Source: Mobula hypostoma (lineage: Eukaryota). Taken from it: a stretch of DNA of 64,000 nt. The notes beneath the pieces are model-generated. The model ran no database searches, was not told where the DNA came from, and was given only the letters and a program-made list of their open reading frames with translations. The DNA lies in assembly GCF_963921235.1 (NCBI RefSeq), contig NC_086108.1, positions 55,678,001 through 55,742,000 of the forward strand, written 5' to 3'. Made by a program: the position numbers and the translations under genes. The stretch's first letter is position 1. Each line of letters starts with the position of its first letter. Shown in pieces: positions 12,500-25,400 of the stretch.

Positions 12500-13795
12500 T
12501 GCTAAATTGTTTGTTATCTACATCAATGATCAGGATGATAATGTTGTAAACAGGATTAATAAATTTGCTGATGACACCAAGATTGAGAATGTAGTGGAAA
12601 GTGAGGAAGACTATCAAAACTTGCAGCGGGATCTGTACCAGCTGGAAAAAATGAACTGAAAACATGGCAGATAATGCAGAGAAATGCAGGTGTTGCACTT
12701 TGGGCGGACCAACCAGGGTAGGACTTACATAGTGTGTGGTCAGGAATGGAGGAGCGCAGGAGAACAGAGAGATCTGGAAGTACAGATCTGTAAATCTTTG
12801 ACAGTGGCGTCACAGGTTTATAGGGTCATAAAGAGAGCTTTTGGCACATTGGCCTTCATAAATCAAAGTACTGAGTACAGGAGATGGGATGTTATGTGGA
12901 AATTGTATACGGCATTGGTGAGGCCTGATTTGGAGTATTGTGTATAGTTTCGGTCTCCAACCTAAAGGAAAGGTGTAAATAAGATTGAAAGAGTACAGAG
13001 AAAATTTACAAGGATGTTGTCAGGACTCCTCCAAGAGGACCACAACCTTGTAGGGTTTGGAGGCTTGCGTGTCCCAGTGACCCAGAGAGCTCTGTTGGTT
13101 GGAGTCAGGGCCTTGTGCTTTGGCTCTTGGTAGGGTCAACCATACCAAATGAATCAAAGGATAGAGGCCAGACTAAGGTTCGGGAGTTCAGATCAAAATT
13201 AACAACCCCCTGACTGGTAATAAAAAATATCATGGAAACAGCAATGAAGAATCCTTCTATAGCTGTATGTGACTGTATGGACAGACAGAGGTGGAGGGCT
13301 TTCATTGCTGCCCTAAACACCAGCAGCTTAAAGGATAGTAATTAAATAAGTTGCCAGAACTTGAGAACCCAAAATATATCAAAAGATATATATACACTAG
13401 AGCGTAAAAGAATGAGCAGAGATTTGATAGAGGTATACAAAATTATGAGGGATATAGATAGGATAAATGCAAGCAGGCTTTTTCCACTGAGGTTGGGTGA
13501 AACAAGAACTAGAGGTTATGGGATAAGGGTAAAAGATGAATTGCTTAAGAGGAATATGTGGGGGAATTTCACTCAAAGAGTGGTGAAAGTATGGAATGAG
13601 CTGCCAATGGAAGCTGTGGAGGTGGGTTCAATTTCAACAATTACAAGAAAGTTGGATGGGACGGTAATGGAAGGATATATCCTGGAATGAAGTTGATGAG
13701 ACTAGGCAGAGTGATAGCATGGCACAGACTAGATGGGCCAATGCACCTGTTTCTGTGCTGTACTGTTCTATGGCTCTATTATTCTATGACTCTAA
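12500..13795 (+). mobile_element. Degenerate CR1 LINE 3' portion
   Basis: KFADDTKI, LYTALVRPDLEYCV and FTQRVVKVWNELP motifs; (ttctatg)n-like tail; interrupted at 13028-13349. Confidence 0.9.
13028..13349 (+). mobile_element. Bipartite RTE-derived non-autonomous element (5' UTR + 3' tail)
   Basis: 12-bp TSD gttgtcaggact (13016-13027) / gttgccagaact (13350-13361); RTE-like 5' UTR; second copy at ~38770-39063. Confidence 0.75.
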
Positions 13796-13844
13796 ATATA
13801 GCACAGAAGAGGAAGAGTGAGCTTGTATCCATTGATTCATGAAT

Positions 13845-14465
13845 TATTCAGAAATCAGAAGGCAGAGGGGATGAAGCTGTTCCTAAAATCTTGGGTGTGC
13901 ATCTTCTGGCACCTGTACCTCCTTCCTGATGGTAGTAATGAGAAGAGGGCACATCCCAGATCGTGAGGGTCCTTAATGATGGATGCTGCCTACTTGAGGT
14001 CCTGCCTTGTGAAGATAACTTCGAAGGTGGGGCGGCTTGTGCCCACAATGGAGCTGACTAAGTCCAAACCCTCAGTAGTCTTTTTTGATCTTGGATATTG
14101 GAGGCTGTGATGCAACCAGTCAGAATGCTGTCCTCAGTACATCTGTAGGAATCTGCAATTGTCTTTACTGACATATAAAATTTCCTCAAACTCATAAAGA
14201 AATACAGTTGCTGATGTGCCTTCTTTGTAATTGCATCAATGTGTTGGGCCCAGGATAGATCCTCTGATTTGCTGACACCCAAGAACTTGAAACTGCTCAC
14301 CCTTTCCACTTCTGATCCCCCAATGAAAACTGGTGTATGTTATCCTGGCTTTGCCTTCCTGAAATCCATAATCAGCTCCTTGGTCTTTCTGACAATGAGT
14401 TCAAGGTTGTTGCTGCAATACCACTCATCCAGCCTATCTGTCCCACTCTAGTATGCCTCCTCATT
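13845..14465 (-). mobile_element. Rex1/Babar-type LINE fragment
   Basis: ERVSSFKFLGV..SEDLSW and YRCTEDSILTGCIT motifs. Confidence 0.85.
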
Positions 14466-15559
14466 GCATTCATACCCTTAAGACAACTTAAGGAATTGAG
14501 GCTAATAGTGATTTTGCTGTCTAACTTCATCGTAGATTGATCACTGAACTCAGGTATCTGTGCTTCACACACCATATTGCACTGATTAATCAAGTTATCG
14601 GGAAAGCAGTAGTGCAAGTCAGTTATACAACCTTTACAGCTTGATTTTCAAGTAAACCAATATTCGTCACCAATGGCCAGTAATAAATCTTTTCTAATTT
14701 TATTTACTGCCATGGTTATCTCCACTGCTTCCAGTAAGTTCCACATGATGAAATTTGAATGACTCCTTAGACCTACTTTGTGCCTGAAATGTAAATAATG
14801 TCAGAATTGAACAAGAACTGAAAGCAATGTCCAGCTGGATCAACAAGGAATTCTAAGTTTTCTTTCATGAATGCCCAGTACCAGTTAACAAACTCCAAGC
14901 TGGACTTTCAGTTACTGCAATTCCATCCAAAACATACAAAAGGAATTTCCAGAAATGACATTCAGTCACAACATAGAAAACATAGTTATGATACAGTATC
15001 AGAAACCAGTGCAAAAACACATGGTTGTGCTGTATAACATTTGTCAGTATTCCATCTTTAGTCAACATGAGGCAGCTTTAAAATGATATAAACATTTTCA
15101 TAGAGTAGTGATTTTGATGAGAATAAAATCTCCAAGGCATATTACACAATCACCATTATGCCAAGAAAGGATGTAGAAAGAGAGGAATTTGGTTACAAAT
15201 TTGGATTTTAAAGAGGGTATCAAAAGAGACGAGAAAGTTGAGGGAATGGAAGAATGTAATAAAGATGTATGAGTCTTGCAGCTTAAGGCCTAACCTCCCA
15301 TATTCAAGAGAAAAAGGATATCAAAGAAGTCCATGGCAAGGAAGTTGTGGGGATGCCTTATGATCATATCAGTTTAGGCCAATAACAGGCCAAAGGATAG
15401 TTTGACAAGAAATGGGTGAATGGCAGGATAATTCACACTGCAGAAAGCCCATCATTTTCACCTTCCCATTCACCTTAGTGATTTATTCCAGGGTTTGAAA
15501 GTAACTTACAGTATTCAGCAATATTAAAAGAATGGTGTATATGGAGATTTATTGCTAAA

Positions 15560-16865
15560 ACATGGAAGAATACAGCATAGTACAGGTCCTTCACCCTTGA
15601 TGTTGTCCTGACCTTTTAACCTACTCTATGATCAATCTAACCCTTCCCTGCCGCACAGCTCACCATTTTTCTTTCATCCGTGTGCCTATAATGTACCTGC
15701 TTCTACCACCACCCCTGGCAGCATGTTACATGGACCCACCATTATCTGGGTAAAAACCTATCCCCTGTACTTTCCTCCAATCACCTTAAAATTACGCCCC
15801 CTCATATTTGCCATTTCCACTCTGGGAAAAAGTCTCCAGCTGTCCACTCCATCTATGCCTCTTATCATCTTGAACACCTCTCATCCTCCTTTGCTCCAAA
15901 AAGTATAACCCTAGCTCTATCCTCATAAAACCTGCTCTCTGATCCAGACAATGTCCTGGTAAATCTCCTCGGTGCCCTCTCTAAAGCTTCCACATTTTTC
16001 CTATAATGAGGCAACTAGAAACGAAAACAATATGAGGGGTGATTGATAAGTTCATGGCCTAAGGTAGAAGGAGGCAATTTTAGAAAACCTAGCAAATTTA
16101 TTTTTCCTACATTTACACACTTAGTCCAGCGGTTGTGGAGCAAATGGATCCCTTCTTTGTAGAAGTCAGCGTCTTGGACCTCCAGTAGTACTCCACAGCA
16201 GGGGTGATTGATAATTTGGTGGCCTAAGGTAGAAGGAAATATTAACCTCAAACTTTCTGCATTTTCACTCAAAGAGTTGAACTGCACATGCATGTAACGA
16301 GAGCTGTATAACTCATCTCCTTCTACTTTAGGCCACGGACTTATCAATCACCCCTGCTGTGGACCACCTGGATGTCCAAGACGCTCTCATTACATGCACG
16401 TGCATTTCAACTCTTTGAGTGATAATGCAGAAAGTTTGAAGTTAATAATTCATCTCCTTCTACCTTAGACCACAAACTTATCAATCACCCCTGCTGTGGG
16501 CCACTTCTACAAAGAAGGGACCCGTATGCTCCACGACTGCTGGACTAAGTATGTACATGTAGGAGGGGACTATGTTGAAAAATAAATGTGCTAGGTTTTC
16601 TAAAATTGACTCCTCCTACCTTAGGTCACAAACACTCCTCATACTCCAATTGCGGTCTTACCAAGTTTAATAGAGCTACAACATTACCTCAGTCTCAACT
16701 AATGAAGTACAACTCTCCATGCTATCAACTTGTGCGGCAACTTTAAGGGATCTATGGATGTGGATGCTAAGATGCTTTTGTTCCTTCATGCTAATAAGAA
16801 TCCTATCATCAACCTCCAAGTATTCTCTACTCTGCCTTCAATTTTGAACTTCCAAAGTATATCCC
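15560..16865 (-). mobile_element. Degenerate CR1 LINE hosting a mariner-derived insertion
   Basis: Reversed CR1 tail near 15560; acaata|ctcc (reverse of EYCV) is split by the insertion. Confidence 0.75.
16033..16641. mobile_element. Mariner-derived non-autonomous element with nested TIRs
   Basis: TA TSD at 16031-32 and 16642-43; TIR tgaggggtgattgataagtt...; transposase C-terminal remnant FYKEGIHLLHNRWTKCVNVG present in both orientations. Confidence 0.85.
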
Positions 16866-17027
16866 ATCACACTTCTTAGATCCTCATTTCCCAAATCCAA
16901 TTCCCTAAAGCCATTGCGACATCTGCACACAATAAAATTCTTGGTAACCTGGTACTAGCAGAAGTTGGGTTAATCAACTTTATTTTAGATGTTTTGCAGT
17001 GCTATAGTACATTTTTCAGTGAACCAA

Positions 17028-17510
17028 GTGAATTTAAAGGGAGCACAGGAAGCAAAGCCCAGTGAGTGTTAAAGGATCGCAGGACAGAACCCTGCTGAGT
17101 TTAGAGGTTGTGTGGAAAATGGGGCACTGGTTGCTTTAAAGGAAATATGGGGAATGGGTGCTAGTGTGTTCATAAAGTACAGGAATGTGAATGGTTGTTT
17201 ATAAGGAATGCTGGAAGCAGAGCCCTTGTGAGTCTTCAGGGAGCATGAGAACGGGGGCCATAAAATTCTAGGATTCACACAGAAATGGAACCTAGGAATA
17301 TAGCTCCATGAATGTGGTATTAGAGCCGGGTGAGTTTATTGGGAGCTTGAGAAAGAGGTTCAGGTGAGTTTATAAGTAATGTTTGGAATGGAGTCAAGGT
17401 AAGTTTATAAGCATCACAGGAAACTGGGCTCCAGTGAGTTTATAAGGACCATGGGAACAGGGCCTTGATGAGTTTAAAGGGAGCATAGGAAACAAAACCA
17501 GATGAGCCAG
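17028..17510. repeat. Degenerate ~34-bp minisatellite, ~15 units
   Basis: Core gtgagtttataagg-like motif at 17028, 17062, 17095, 17130, 17164, 17228, 17330, 17364, 17399, 17434, 17468 and 17502. Confidence 0.85.
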
Positions 17511-18177
17511 TGCCAAACCATTGTGATTTCTGACCAATGAGATAAAGACTTAACAGAATTTCAATTTATCTTGAAGATGTACTGCACTCCACGTAAAGAC
17601 ATTAAGAAATATAAACAACAGATCTTAAGTATATTTTTTGCAAATGAATTCTTAAACAAGAGAGCTCCCCACACTCTACTATTGAGGTATATATTTGGCT
17701 CTGAATGAATCTTACGGATTTTATCTCATTTATTCTAGTAGTAAATATTATTTGTTGTTTATATATGTTCTCATAACATAGTAATCAGTTAACCCATTTG
17801 AATCTATTCTTGCTCTTTCTATCTGTGATAATCTTTTGTTCTTTCTCGTTTTCCTTTTCCCAGCTTACAGTTTCCTTCCACTAACAACAAAGTTCTAAGT
17901 TTAACGGTTCAATAGCTCATGCCTCTGTCATGTCCTATTGGTTCCATTTTTCAGATCAGACATCTTTGTGTCCAAAATTCAAAGCCGCCATGTTGAAACC
18001 TATGACAAAAGTTTACACAGCAAGGAGTGATGGTGTCACTCCCATTATGAAGCACTGTGATTTGTACTTTGTATACTAATTTATTAACATTCATTCTTCG
18101 CATTCTAAACAATGTGAAAAATAATGTCAATTGCCTGGACTGAATTTATTTTGTTTTGTTTTGTTTTATCTTTTCAG

Positions 18178-18214
18178 ACATGGAGATGACTTGATAGTTA
18201 CACCGTTTGCACAG
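18178..18214 (+). CDS. PDE4B: PDE4B UCR1 exon (37 nt)
   Basis: ttttcag| ... |gtatat. Encodes (I)HGDDLIVTPFAQ; phase matches the previous exon (AT+A=Ile). Confidence 0.95.
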
Positions 18215-18769
18215 GTATATTAAATTACATTTTCTTTTCATTGTGAGTTTTCCTCCTCTTCTCCTTTTGTCTCTTATTTTCCTTCCTTGTTTTCCCTGAT
18301 TCCCTGGTGTGCTCGTTTTATCCGGAAATGCACGAAAGCTAACAGCCTGTTCTTGGAACTATGTGAGTCACTCTGAAAATTGTAATCAAATATTTTAGGA
18401 GAATGGTCCACTGGGACAGCTGTTCTTGGATATTTTCCTTTGCTTTCAGTATGAAGAAACCCCATTAATCCAGCTGTACTTAAAATGTTGCTAAAAATTG
18501 TCTTGTGTTTCACTCTTTGAAAAAAATTAGTCCCATTCTTGTACAAATCACATGATACCTTATAATACCATTACGAAACAGTGTTGGGGCTTCTCTGCTA
18601 AAGTTAATGTCAGTTGTACAGGCAAACCTAGCTGGAATTTTCTGAGATCTCCTGTAACAGCTACTCTACCATCTCCCTCATTATCCTCTGTTTCCAGTAT
18701 ATTTTTGTGGAATTACTTTCAAAGAGTATAATGTCTGTTCAATAAGTAGGCATGTTAGTTATTTTATTT

Positions 18770-19055
18770 ATTTTTATTTAGAGATTTAGCGTGGAGCAGG
18801 CCCCCACCCCCACCGGCCCAATAAGCCGCGTGGCCCAACAACCCACCTATTTAACACTAGCTTAATCAAAGGACAATTTACAATGACCAATTAACCTACT
18901 AACCAGTACGTCTTTGGACTATGGGAGGAAACCCATGTGGTTAGCCAGGAGGATGCAAAAACTCCTTACGGGCGGTGCTGGAATTGAACTCCAAACTCCA
19001 GAATGCCCCGAGTGGCAATAGCGTCATGTTGACAGCTATGCCACTATGGCACCCA
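18770..19055 (-). mobile_element. tRNA-derived V-SINE-like element
   Basis: Minus strand shows a B-box-like ggagttcaattcc, the V-core gggtttcctcccatagtccaaagacg and an (AAAAT)n tail. Confidence 0.8.
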
Positions 19056-19192
19056 TTACGATTATATATATGTATTCTGCCACAAATGTATTAACAAGTG
19101 TGAGATCCCACCATGCAAGTCAATGGGCATCTGACATCATAAATAATCTCAATCTCAACTCATTGTGTCCTTGACAACTTTCTGGCAAGAAT

Positions 19193-20905
19193 CACACAAT
19201 ATACAAAATGCTTGAGGAACTCATCAGGTCAGGCAATATCTGTGGAGGGGAATAAGCAGTGAACATTTTGTGCTGAGACCCTTCATCAGGACTGAAAGGA
19301 CCGGGAGAAGGGCAGGAGCTAGAGTAAGAAGGTGGTTTTCTACCCAAGATCCACAAACCTAGTTGTCCCATTAGGCCCATTGTTTTTGCCTGCTCCTGCC
19401 CCACTGAACCTGTGTCCGCATGCTTTGACTCCATTTTGTCCCCCTTGTTCCAATGCTTCTTCCTACACCTCCGCAGAGCTCGTCAATTTTATCAACTTTG
19501 CCTCCACTTCTACACTGCCCTCAACTTTTTCTTGATCCATCTCTGACACCCCTCTGTCCTTTCTCGATCCCTCTGTCTCTGGAGACCAACTGTTTACTGA
19601 CATCCTTTACAAACCCATTGACTCTCACATTTATCCTGACCACACCTCTTCCCACTATTTCTCTTGTAAAATTGCCATTCCCTCTTCTTCATTCCTGTGA
19701 CTCCACTGCAACTGATAGTTTCCATTCCAAAACATTTAAGATTTTTTTAAACAAATGGGGTTTTCCTTCTACCACCATCTTTGTTGCTGCCCTCACCAGC
19801 ATCTCCTCCATTTCTGACACGTCTGCCCTCACACTATCCTCCTGCTATTGTAACAGGGATAGTGTTTCCCTTACCTTTACCTATACCCACAAGCCTCTGT
19901 ATCCAGCACATAATTCTCCTTAACTTCCACCTATATCCAATAGGATCCTACCATTCATACATTTTTCCCTCCACCCCCCCCCATTGCTTTCCATAGGAAT
20001 CACTTACAAGGGAGTGTGACTCACTTATTCACTTGTCCCTCTCCACTGAGCTCCCTCCTCATACTTACCCTTGTGACCCTGCTAAGTACCACACCTGCCC
20101 CTACACCTCCTCTCTCACCACCACCGAGGGCCCCAAACATTCTGTCAGTCACCTATTGTATCTGAAGCTCCTGGTGTAGTGTCCACTACTGCAGTGAGCC
20201 CTGACACAGATAGGGGGAGCGCTCTGTTGAACATCTTTCCTCTGTCTGCTTCAACAGCCAGGATCTCCCAGTGGCCACCCAGTCCAATTCAACTTCTCAT
20301 GCTCAGACTGACACGTCTGTCCAAGGCCTCCTCTCATGCCATGATGAGGGCAAAACTCAGGTGGAAGAACCAGTACTTCATATTCTATCTGGGTAACTTC
20401 CAACCTGATGGCATGAACATTGATTTGTCTAACCTCTGCTAATCACTCTCCCCTGTTCACTCCCACCCCCAACTTCTTACTCTTTTTCCATTCCCCATTC
20501 TGACTACTCTCTCGCCCTTCTCTTTCTCCACCCTCATGACTTCCCTTTGGTTTCCTTCCTTGCCTTTATTCTACAGTCCACTGTTCTCTCCTATCAGATT
20601 CCTTCTTCTTCAGCCCTTTACCTCTTCCACCTATCACCTCCCAGCTTCTTATATCATCACTCCCTATCCGCCCATCTTCCCCCTCACCTGGTCTCACCTA
20701 TCATCTGCCAGCTTGTGCTTTTCACCCTGCCCCATCTTTTCGTTCTGGCTTCTGTCTCCTTTCATTCAAGTCCTGATGAAAGATTTTGGTTTGAAACATT
20801 GACTGCTCATTCTCCTCCATAGATGCTGCCTCTCCTGCTGAGTTCCTCCAGCACTTTTGTGTACTGTGCAAGATTTCAAATATCTGCAGAATCTCTGGTG
20901 TCTAG
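19193..20905 (+). mobile_element. Degenerate Penelope-like element with inverted terminal repeats
   Basis: Body is homologous to 4740-6175; terminal repeat at ~20700-20905 (+) and an inverted copy at ~19193-19340; hammerhead remnants at 19257-19294 (-) and 20768-20805 (+). Confidence 0.8.
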
Positions 20906-21285
20906 GAATCACACATAGGAAGGCTTCAGCAAGGACTGCTGGAAGACAACTTGTTAACAACTAAACATTTTCCAATAATGAGAGGCTGGGAAGCAATTTC
21001 CTCTTCTGATGTTTTATTTCTTCCCACGGCCTTAGTAACAATGGAATGAAATTAGTGGACTCTGGTAACACAAACATTTCAGTTCAAATTTATCCTAGTG
21101 CACTTGATTGCACCGTCTTGCCCAAAGCCTTGCTCAAATCAACTATTCTATAAATGAATGGGAGTTGAATCTAGCACTTACTTCACCTTTTAACTAAGTT
21201 TCAAATTAGGCAATTCTCTCAAAGCAGATTATCTGAAGACCATTAAAATATCTTTAAGTGAACAAACTGCTTTTATTTTTTTAAG

Positions 21286-21356
21286 GTACTGGCCAGCTTG
21301 CGGAGTGTGAGGAGCAATTTCTCAATACTAACAAATGTTCATGGAGCCCCAAGCAA
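21286..21356 (+). CDS. PDE4B: PDE4B UCR1 C-part exon (71 nt)
   Basis: ttttttaag| ... |gtaagt. Encodes VLASLRSVRSNFSILTNVHGAPS(K); the 24-residue length fits PDE4B/PDE4A rather than PDE4D. Confidence 0.95.
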
Positions 21357-21399
21357 GTAAGTTCATCATAAAAGTTAAATAATGGGGAATTCTAACCTG

Positions 21400-22185
21400 C
21401 AGGAGCATGTCGGTGGCATGATGACTCATGTTTGCACTGGGCTGTGTCTGCTGTTTAGGTCCCAGCTCAGTTGTTTTCTTTTAGTGTTTTTGTGGATTTC
21501 TGGGGATAGTTTTGGGGATAAACAAGGTTTTAGGGACATAGATATGAGGTAATTAGGGACATCTGTGGGCTAGGCTCCGATGTCCGACAGACCAGCGTGG
21601 ACAAAGGCTGATGGCTCCCTCGCGGTCAACCAGTTGTTGGCAGGACCTGGAGTCAGAATTCTGTGCAGGCAAGAGGAAAGAGGTCTGATGCCCCCTAGGT
21701 TCACAAATCAGCGAGACTGGAGTTCGAAACCTAGTGCTGAGTGATCAGCAATTCCTGAGGTCGATGCCAAGGATTGTCCGGAGGATTGAATCAGAAGTCC
21801 AGAATTCGAAGCCCGTTGGCTGGACTCCAGGGCCTGAAAATCAGAGTAGAGTACACTAGAGTAGTTGAAAGCGCAATGTCCACATGACCATGTTTAAATC
21901 CTTGTCTACTGGAGGCTGAAGAATATGGATTGTCTTGGGATTAGAGGACTGTGTATGGCATGGGTGGGATGGAGGAATGGGGTGCTTGTTTTTCTATTTC
22001 TGTTTTGTTGCTTGTTGTATTTGATGTTGTTCAGCAGAGTATCATGGGCATGCTATGTTAGCGCCACACTTGCGGGCCGTTCCCAGCATCCCCTTGGGTG
22101 TGTTGGTTGTAAACACAAACAATGCATTTCACTGTATGTTTCAATGTACATGTTATAAATAAACGAATCTTGAATTTTGAATGAT
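21400..22185 (+). repeat. Unclassified non-autonomous retroelement with LINE-like tail
   Basis: GC-richer body ending atttcactgtatgttt...aataaacgaatcttgaat, a LINE-type tail; no protein motif recognised. Confidence 0.45.
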
Positions 22186-22454
22186 GGAAGTGTATGACTG
22201 GATCACATTCTGCTGTAGTGCATCTGTTTCTGGATTTGATGATGGTGTATGTACATCCAGCAAGTCACTTAATTGTGAACCTGGCTGGCTCATGTTGCAC
22301 AAGTAATATTAAGAGCTGAGGCTTCATAATTGTAAATCCAAATACTGCAGAACCTGAAAATCTGAAATAAAAGCAGAAAGTAATAAAATTGTACCTGTAA
22401 TACTCAGCTGGTCAAGCACATCCCATCTTTGACCTGAACTGTTAACTCCATTTA

Positions 22455-25400
22455 AGACCACAAGACCATAAGATATACAAGCAGAAGTAGGCCATTCAGC
22501 CCATCGAGTCTGCTCTGCCATTCAATCATGGGCTGATCCAATTTTTCCAGTCATCCCCACTCCCTTGCCTTCTCCCCATACCTTTTGATGCCCTGGCTAA
22601 TCAAGAACCTATCTATCTCTGCCTTAAATACACCCAATGACTTGGCATCCACAGCTGCTCATGGCAACAAATTCCTCAGATTTACCACCCTCTGACTAAA
22701 GTAATTTCTCCATATCTCTGTTCTAAATAGTCATCCTTCAATCCCAAAGTTGTGCCCTCTTGTCCTAGACTCCCCTACCATGGGAAATAACTTTGCCATA
22801 TCTAACCTGTTCAGGCCTTTTAACATTTGGAATGTTTCTATGAGATCCCCCCCCTCATTCTCCTGAACTCCAGGGAATACAACCCATGAGCTGCCAGACA
22901 TTCCTCATACGGTAACACTTTTGTTCCTGGAATCATTCTTGTGAATCTTCCCTGAATCCTCTCCAATGTCAGTATATCCTTTCTAAAATAAGGAGCCCAA
23001 AACTGCACACAATACTCCAAGTGTGGTCTCACGAGTGCCTTACAGAGCCTCAACATCACATCCCTACTCTTATATTCTATACCTCTAGAAATGAATGCCA
23101 ACATTGCATTCACCTTCTTCACCACTGACTCAACCTGGAGGTTAACCTTTAGGGTATCTTGCACAAGGGCTCCCATGTCCCTTTGCATCTCTGCATTTTG
23201 AGTTCTCTCCCCACCAAAGTGCATGAGCATACACTTTCCAACATATTTCATTTGCCACTTCCTTGCCCATTCCCCTTAACTATCCAAGTCTACAGACTTT
23301 CTGATTCCTCAACACTACCTGCCTCACCTCTCATCTTTGTATCATTGGCAAATTTAGCCACAGATCCATTTATACGCAGTCCAAATCATTGACATACATC
23401 GTAAAAAGCAGCTATCCCAACACCGACCCCTGTGGAACTCCACTGGTAACGAGCAGCCAACCAGAATAGGATCCCTTTAATCCCTCTCTCTGTTTTCTGC
23501 TGACCAGCCAATGCTCCACCCATGCTAGTAACTTCCCTGTAATTCCATGGGCTCTTATGTTGCTAAGCAGCCTCGTATGCAGCACTTTGTCAAAGAGCTT
23601 CAGAAAATCCAAGTATACCACATCCACTGCAAATACTTTGTCTATCCTACGTGTAATTTCCTCAAAAAATTGCAGTAGTTTAGTCAAGCAGCTTTTTCCT
23701 TTCAGGAAACCATGCTGGCTTTGTCCTATCTTGTCCTTGGTGTCAAGGTCTCTAAGGATCTAACTTGGTCCCAACGTATTGATGTAGTTATGAAGAAAAC
23801 AAGATAGCGGCTATGCTTTATTAGGAGTTTGAAGAGATTTGCATGTCAACAAGTACACTCAAATCTTCTTTAATTGTACAGTGGAGAGCATTCTGACAGG
23901 CTGCATCACTGTCTGGTATGGAGGGGCAACTGCACAGGACCAAAAGAAGCTGCAGAAGGTTGTAAATCTAGTCAGCTCCATCTTGGGCACTAGCCTACAA
24001 AGTACCAGGACATCTTTAGGGAGCAGTGTCTCAGAAAGGCAGCGTCCATTATTAAGGACCTCTAGCACCCAGGACATGCCCTTTACTCGCTGTTACCATC
24101 AGGTAGGAGATACAGAAGCCTCACACACTCAGTGATTAAGGAACAGCTTCTTCCCCTCTGCCATCTGATTCCTAAATGGACATTGAAGCTTTGGACACTA
24201 CCTCACTTTGTTTAATATGCAGTATTTCTGTTTTTGCACATTCTTTTAAATCTATTCAATATACGTGTTTGATTTACTTGCTTATTTATTATTAAGTTTT
24301 ATTTTATTTATTATTTTTTTCTCTCTCTCTCTGCTAGGTTATGTATCACATTGAACTGCTGCTACTAAGTTAACAAATTTCACGTCACATGCTGGTGATA
24401 ATAAACCTGATTCTGATTCTGATGTGCCTCTAGGTGCTCCATAATCTCATCCCTAACAATTGATTCCAACAACTTCCCAACCACTGATGTCAGGCTAACA
24501 GGTCTATGGTTTCCTTTCAGCTGCTTCCCACCCGTAAAAAAGCTTTCAGTATCTTCTTTGATATTAGTCACCAGCTTCCTTTCATAATTTATCTTTTCCT
24601 TCCTAATGACCTTCTTAGTTTCCTTCTGCAAGTTTTTAAAAGCATCCCAATCTTTTATCTTCCCACAGCTTTGGCTTCCTTCTATGCCCTCTCTTTTCCT
24701 TTTACTTTGGCTCTGATATCACTTGTCAGCCATGGTAGTGGCCTTCCTCCATTCAAAAATGTCGTCTTATTTGGAATATATCTGTCTTGCACTGTCCTCA
24801 TTTTTTGCAGAAGCTCCAGCTATTGCTGCTCTGCTGTCCTTCCTGCTAGTGTCACTTTCCAGTCAACCTTGGCCAGTTCCCCTCTCATGCCATTGTAATT
24901 TCCTTTATTCCACTGAAATACCGACACATTGGAATTTACTCAAATTTAAAAGTGAACTTGATTATACTATGATCACTGTTCCCTAAGGGTTCCTTAACCT
25001 TAAGCTCTGTTATCACCTCCGGATCATTGCGCAACACCCAATTCAACACAGCCAATCCCCTAGTAGGCTCAACAACAAGCTGCCCTAAAAAGCCATCCCT
25101 TAGACATTCTACAAATTCTCTCTCTTGAGGTCCAGTACTGGCCTGGTTTGCCCAATCTACTTTCATGTTAAAATCCCCAAAGATTATCATGACATTGCCC
25201 TTCTGACATACCTTTTCTATATCCTGCTGTAATATGTAATCTACATCCTGGCTGCTGTTTGGAGGCCTGTATACAACTGCCATTAGGGTCCTTTTATCCT
25301 TGTCATTTTTTAACTCAACCCCTTGAGATGCTACACCTTCCAATCCTATGTCATCCCTTTCTAATGATATAATATTATTTCTTATACACAGGGCCACACC

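Noticed and set aside
17028..17510. CRISPR-like repeat-spacer array
   Set aside because: Vertebrate intron, no cas genes, degenerate cores and mutually similar spacers; it is a minisatellite.
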